A DNA stretch of 64,000 nucleotides. Origin: Macrostomum hystrix (Eukaryota; Animalia; Platyhelminthes). The position numbers and the translations under genes are program-made. Each line of letters opens with the position of its first letter. Positions within the stretch are counted from its first letter, which is position 1. Where the stretch lies: the NCBI GenBank assembly GCA_950097015.1, contig CATNEN010000029.1, positions 6,448,001 to 6,512,000 on the forward strand, written 5' to 3'. The notes beneath the pieces are model-generated. The model ran no database searches, was not told the origin of the DNA, and saw only the letters and a list, made by a program, of their open reading frames with translations. Shown here one piece after another: positions 58,415 to 64,000 of this stretch.

Positions 58415-59405
58415 TCAGTCAGTCAGTGGACAGTAGCCTCTGCCACTTAGTCAGTGGACAGTAGCCTCTGCCACTTAGTCAGTGGACAGTAGCCTCTGCC
58501 ACTTAGTCAGTGGACAGTAGCCTCTGCCACTTAGTCAGTGGACAGTAGTCTCTGCCACTTAGTCAGTGGACAGTAGTCTCTGCCACTTAGTCAGTCAGTG
58601 GACAGTAGTCTCTGCCACTTAGTCAGTCAGTGGACAGTAGTCTCTGCCACTTAGTCAGTCAGTGGACAGTAGTCTCTGCCACTTAGTCAGTCAGTGGACA
58701 GTAGTCTCTGCCACTTAGTCAGTCAGTGGACAGTAGTCTCTGCCACTTAGTCAGTCAGTGGACAGTAGTCTCTGCCACTTAGTCAGTCAGTGGACAGTAG
58801 TCTCTGCCACTTAGTCAGTCAGTGGACAGTAGTCTCTGCCACTTAGTCAGTCAGTGGACAGTAGTCTCTGCCACTTAGTCAGTCAGTGGACAGTAGTCTC
58901 TGCCACTTAGTCAGTCAGTGGACAGTAGTCTCTGCCACTTAGTCAGTCAGTGGACTGTAGCCTCTTCCACACAGTCAGTCAGTGGACTGTAGCCTCTACC
59001 ACACAGTCAGTCAGTGGACTGTAGCCTCTACCACACAGTCAGTCAGTGGACTGTAGCCTCTTCCACACAGTCAGTCAGTGGACTGTAGCCTCTTCCACAT
59101 AGTCAGTCAGTGGACTCAGTCAGTCTGTGGACAGTATAGTCTCAGTCAGTCTGTGGACAGTAGTCTCAGTCAGTCTGTGGACAGTAGTCTCAGTCAGTCT
59201 GTGGACAGTAGTCTCAGTCAGTCTGTGGACAGTGGTCTCAGTCAGTCTGTGGACAGGGGTCTCAGTCAGTCTGTGGACAGTATAGTCTCAGTCAGTCTGT
59301 GGACAGTAGTCTCAGTCAGTCTGTGGACAGTGGTCTCAGTCAGTCTGTGGACAGGGGTCTCAGTCAGTTTGTGGACAGTATAGTCTCAGTCAGTCTGTGG
59401 ACAGT
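58415..59405. repeat. Compound minisatellite: 28-bp, then 32-bp (AGTCAGTCAGTGGACAGTAGTCTCTGCCACTT), then ~24-bp (CTCAGTCAGTCTGTGGACAGTAGT) units
   Basis: The period changes by gain of an AGTC subunit; all units share GTGGACAGTAG. Confidence 0.93.
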
Positions 59406-60329
59406 AGGTTCTGCCAGTCAGTGGACGGTCGAATTGGACAGTAAAAAACACTGAAGTGAAATTTTAGGTTCAGTTTCGAAGAGAAAGCCAAGTGTCCAAT
59501 TAGATTTTTACGATAATTGGCACTGTAGCTTCATGGAAAATCACAGCCATTATCTTATCACTGTTTTTACTTCGTGCGGCAAACTGGTGTCGTTATAGAC
59601 CCTCCTAAGGGTTTTTTATTGGTATATAGTTATATAGAAACTGAATAAACATTGACGGATCGTGTATCCAGGCGCAATTGTTGAAGGATAAGCAGGAAGT
59701 ACGCATGGCGCTGCTAATGTTGGAATGGGAGGTCTTCGACCTCTGCAGAAGTCATCTCGCATCAATAGTGCATGTGGGAGTTAAATTCGCATGAATTGTG
59801 GAGTTCTGGCTGATAGCTGAAGCCAGGGTTCGGGTTCGGGGAAAGCAAGAAAGCCAGCCCTTTGCAAGCCAGAAGCTCTTTGACTGATTGCGTGGATACA
59901 GCCAGACTGTCTTGCTTTTTTGCGGCAAATCAGTTTTTTATCTCCGTATCTTTGTTTCTGCTACTGGACCTTGTTCTAGAGGCCAAGCAGAAGCATTGCT
60001 GATTTGTGGCCAGGAAATCGAGAGGTCTTGACAAACCTGGACTGTGGAGTCTTTGCTTCGAGGCCTTCCGTGCCTGATTGGCGGGATTCTAAAGCTACTT
60101 TGCAATGTACTCGAAAACAATTGAGTTTGGATAGACAAATCAGTTAGACTTGTTTGCTCGCCTCGTTAACTCCAGACTCGAGCACACGAATAAGTTTAGG
60201 TTCTTCCTTGCAAAATTCACGATAAAAATGCAGTTTTCATGCTTAAATCTAAAGCATGATCCCGCTCATAGTAGATGTCATAGTATGTCATAGATGTCAA
60301 GTCATAGTAGATGCTGACTTGGGTACCTG

Positions 60330-60575
60330 CGTAGTACAGGTCTACAAAGTATGAATGAAGCACTTTCATTACCGAAAAGCGTTCTTGCTGCTGCGTCTGA
60401 TCCGCGATTGCACCCGCAGGTTGCAGCAGATCCATCTTGGTCCGCAGCTGCCGTTTCAGGAACAACTCTTGAGTAAGTTACTCAGCCGTATCTCCATTGG
60501 TCTCCAGCTGTCCTAGGCCGTCCTCGAAGACATCTACGAACTCATCTAGAATCTTTTCGAGCTGTCTGCTGTCAT
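60330..60575 (-). pseudogene. Possible decayed Ty3/Gypsy pol fragment (protease-RT linker)
   Basis: One minus-strand frame reads QLEKILDEFVDVFEDGLGQL..*..LKRQLRTKMDLLQPAGAI, resembling the 'EF.DVF..GLG' and 'L...LD.L...G.I' motifs before Gypsy RT. It contains an in-frame TAA, and no RT core was seen. Confidence 0.3.
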
Positions 60576-61150
60576 CTTGAGTACCTGTTGTCTGAAGCGC
60601 ATCTTGAGTACCTGTCGGATGAAGCCCATCTTGAGTACCTGTCGGTTGAAGCGCATCTTGAGTACCGGTTGTGTGAAGCGCACCTTGAGTACCTGTCGGA
60701 TGAAGCGCATCTTGAGTACCGGTTGTGTGAAGCGCACCTTGAGTACCTGTCGGTTGAAGCGCATCTTGAGTACCGGTTGTGTGAAGCGCACCTTGAGTAC
60801 CTGTCGGTTGAAGCGCATCTTGAGTACCGGTTGTGTGAAGCGCACCTTGAGTACCTGTCGGATGAAGCGCATCTTGAGTACCGGTTGTGTGAAGCGCACC
60901 TTGAGTACCTGTCGGATGAAGCGCATCTTGAGTACCGGTTGTGTGAAGCGCACCTTGAGTACCTGTCGGATGAAGCGCACATTATGTACCTGTTAGATGA
61001 AGCGCACATTATGTACCTGTTAGAGGAAGTGCACATTATGTACCTGTTAGATGAAGCGCACATTATGTACCTGTTAGATGAAGCGCACATTATGTACCTG
61101 TTAGATGAAGCGCACATTATGTACCTGTTAGATGAAGCGCACCTTGAGTA
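60570..61150. repeat. 27-bp minisatellite with a 54-bp alternating higher-order block, then a third 27-bp subtype
   Basis: GAAGCGCA(T/C)CTTGAGTACC(TGTCGGAT/GGTTGTGT) alternates, then GAAGCGCACATTATGTACCTGTTAGAT. Confidence 0.95.
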
Positions 61151-61345
61151 TACCTATAAGATGAATTGAAGTGACTCTATAGTAAATTCTAGATGAAGAA
61201 CAAATTACAATAGCTGTAGCTGTCTGTTGAGTGCACTGTTACTATCCGTTGAACCTAGTTCTACCTATAGTAACGACAGGTAAAAAGTATAATAATTCGA
61301 GCTAACAGTCGAGCGAAACGTGTTTTAGTGGGAACGTGGAATTAA

Positions 61346-61940
61346 CAGTAGGACTACCAAGCCTTTTTGCCGCCCGTTTTTATACCAAGGGGGGATTCCC
61401 CCCCTAAGAACATTTTTGGCAGCGCCTGAAAGCTAACCGCGTAGGGTGGTGACTGATTGGTTGACAGACTAGGCGATGGTGTACTGTAGTTGAGCTGCGC
61501 CTAATATTTAGGCTTCAGCAGTGAAATTTTTGAAATTCGCATCAGGGTGTCCAGAGTGGCCTATTTCCACATTTTTTGCATTTGAAGGTCCCGCAGTCTG
61601 TCTAGATGAAGGGAGGTGACCACCAAAGACGGAGATGATGCAGGCACATTCGGGTGACATGCTGATAAAGTTTGAAGGTCTGGAAAGGCCGCACTGAGGC
61701 GCAGTGCAAATTCGTGTATAGTGGTGTATGAAATACACTAGCTCTTATGGGAAAAATCGGACCTTCGGCCAGAAACATTGAATATCTCGACGGTCTGAAG
61801 AGCTGGCGACTTGTTTCTTGTTTCAGAAGATGCGCAACAAAAAAGTTGGCCCGTGTTCATGAGTTTCGTGTGCTTGCATTGTTCCGTTCGGGTGCAGCAA
61901 AAAAATTGTCAGGGGGGTGGGAAATTCCCCCCTTGGATTT
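61346..61940. mobile_element. Second, inverted copy of the TTAA MITE; one TIR intact, the other eroded
   Basis: TTAA-CAGTAGGACTACCAAG at 61342. Long blocks match 22181-22713 on the opposite strand (e.g. GCTGCACCCGAACGG, CACGGGCCAACTTTTT, ATATTAGGCGCAGCTCAAC, GGTATAAAAACGGGCGGCAAAA). Confidence 0.85.
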
Positions 61941-62461
61941 TCCCCCCAGAGAAAATCTAATAGCAATCATTGGCCGTCTGTGTATAGCCTCAAGAGACAG
62001 ACGACAGCTAAAGAGAACAAAGAAAGGCCTATAAATTCACGCCCCGTTTTTCCATTACCTATTATTGCTAATACGATCGAAATGGGATTCTGTGCAAATG
62101 TGGCTACCTAACAGCTTGCTGCCTTGCTGAAGAATCGGAGAAGGGCCAAGACGGGCACGGTGTCGTGCGAAGAGGAAATGGCTGATTAGAGGGCCTTGAC
62201 GACATGCGCTCCAACTGCCTCGGTCTCTAATTACGGGCGTATACGCAATGGGAGAGATGGGGGATGTGTTAGTAGAAAAATAGATTGATCGCGCGCGCTA
62301 AAGATGCACAAAGGGATTTTAGATGCAATGTGGGGTGGATTACCTGCGCTTATTAAATTGCAACCATACTTTATTAGGGGCTTTAAGGTGCAAGCAGATG
62401 GCTGTGCCTTCAACACATTTGGGGTTATTATATTAATTTGTAAAAAAATTCTGAATTGTGG

Positions 62462-62705
62462 GAATGTAACGTTGGGAAATGTGACCTTAGGAAATGTGTC
62501 CTTGGGAAATGTGACCTTGGGAAATGTGACCTTGGGAAATGTGTCCTTGGGAAATGTGACCTTGGGAAATGTGACCTTGGGAAATGTGACCTTGGGAAAT
62601 GTGACCTTGGGAAATGTGACCTTGGGAAATGTGACCTTGGGAAATGTGACCTTGGGAAATGTGACCTTGGGAAATGTGACCTTTGGAAATGTGACCTTGG
62701 GAATT
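62462..62705. repeat. 15-bp minisatellite (GGGAAATGTGACCTT)n
   Basis: About 16 copies. Confidence 0.95.
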
Positions 62706-63453
62706 GTTACTCTGTAGGAATTTAGCTCATTGCTAGGAGCTATTTTAGCAATCTTATGCGCATCTGTATTAATATCTAGCCGACATTATCACTGCTTCAA
62801 CTGGCTACACCAATCGCTTTGTCATAGTCCCAGTGGACAAGTATTTTTGTCCAATTACAATCTGTAGCTTAATTAATACCTGCGTTCATGCAGAAGTGAT
62901 AATTTCGTATTTGCAGTTCAGGAGGAAAACATAATTTAGTAATTATACTCGTGTGCATGCCGTGTTTTCACACAGCTTAGACTTCTTTTTTATTATTTTT
63001 TTAATTTGTTTGCTAAAACTCTTAGTCTGTTTCATCTAACTTGGTCCAAACAGCAACATCATTATTTCTAATGCTCAGATGTCTTTGCTTACCTGCGTGG
63101 TACAGGGCCTCGAGGCATTTGCAACGGCATTAATTCTGCATCAAAGGAGCTCGGTCTAATCAGAAAAAATAATGAGTCTGTAAAGTCTTTATCACTAGTC
63201 TTTATCACTAAGCTTCTGCGCGCTGTGGCATCTTATCCTCAGACAATTCAACTGCAGCTAGGCATGTGGTCAAAGGCAGCTTTGGATAATGTGTTGTGCG
63301 CTGTCTTTGCAGAGGTACTTCATTATTTATTCATTAACGCCTCCCACCAGAAACTAGAAAGCAGCTGTCAATCATCTGTTTGATCGATTAAAGATAAGCT
63401 CTGTATTTCATATGAATCAAATTTAATAGGAGTTGCAGCTTCGATTTAACAGC

Positions 63454-63457
<4 letters not shown>

Positions 63458-63502
<45 letters not shown>

Positions 63503-63505
63503 GAT
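63458..63505. repeat. (GATT)n microsatellite
   Basis: About 11 copies. Confidence 0.92.
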
Positions 63506-63514
63506 TAGCTGGAC

Positions 63515-63645
63515 TAACTGAAGGTGGGTGTGGCGTCCCCCCAGTCCATGGACGCATTGGCTGCGGCTGTGCTGTCGGCTGCACATCTGACGCGACTGGG
63601 GCAGGTGTAATCAATTATTATTATTATTATTATTATTATTATTGG
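63515..63645 (+). mobile_element. SINE family A 3' fragment with an (ATT)n tail
   Basis: GGGTGTGGCGTCCCCCCAGTCCATGGAC..GCTGCGGCTGTGCTGTCGGCTGCACATC..GGCAGGTGTAATCAATTATT. Confidence 0.78.
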
Positions 63646-63864
63646 TTGATATTCAATGCTACTTTACATCAAATTCGAGCATATTGACGAAGGTCCATAA
63701 AGCTGACTTGATCATAACAATACATATGCATAAATATTCTTGCGATGGTATTTTCACCTGGAATACCAGGTGTGTCTTCTGGATTTTGCACTTAACGCTT
63801 GTCAGGAATTGGATAGACTAAAGATAGACACCTTGCCTAGCTGGGTCATAGATTTACAGCCGAT

Positions 63865-64000
63865 ATGCATGGCACAGCCGCAGCTATTGTGTAGCTCATC
63901 TCAAGGCTGCGTACAGCTGTTCAGTCCATGGACTGGGGGGACGCCACACCGACCCTGATCAATAACCCTAGTTAATGCTGGTATCCATTGAACAGATGGC
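63865..64000 (-). mobile_element. SINE family A fragment, running off the window edge
   Basis: Minus strand reads AATGGATACCAGCATTAAC..GGTGTGGCGTCCCCCCAGTCCATGGACTGAACAGC. Confidence 0.78.

Noticed and set aside
62100-63330. Isolated minus-strand exon-like pieces (e.g. ~63092-63155 ending in a GTAAGC donor)
   Set aside because: Splice signals are plausible, but the peptides are unrecognisable and could not be chained into a gene model.

Overview
Eukaryotic, intron-containing, invertebrate-like genomic DNA. About 24 kb (~38%) of the window is tandem minisatellite or satellite. The style resembles the flatworm Macrostomum, but the organism is an inference and not shown by the sequence. Seven protein-coding genes could be spliced by hand with consistent reading frames: (1) a Q-rich PNT+ETS factor of the SPDEF type (+, 241-2904); (2) a divergent paralogous ETS factor facing it tail-to-tail (-, 4264-6902); (3) a divergent STIM with a degenerate EF-hand (-, 12208-17749); (4) MPHOSPH6/MPP6 (-); (5) ITFG1/LINKIN (-); (6) a small acidic disordered protein (+); (7) a PKA catalytic subunit (-, 32772-41373). 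The PKA gene has two alternative 5' exons and a duplicated, mutually exclusive 127-nt catalytic-loop exon pair. Mobile DNA includes two tRNA-derived SINE families, a TTAA-flanked piggyBac-type MITE nested in a SINE, a second MITE and a possible Gypsy remnant. A 10.6-kb 41-bp satellite fills 46942-57535. The strongest observations are the PKA cassette exons, the STIM lacking most Ca2+ ligands, a possible trans-spliced ITFG1-MPP6-STIM operon, and inverted related minisatellites bracketing STIM. All exon models are manual predictions with no transcript support.
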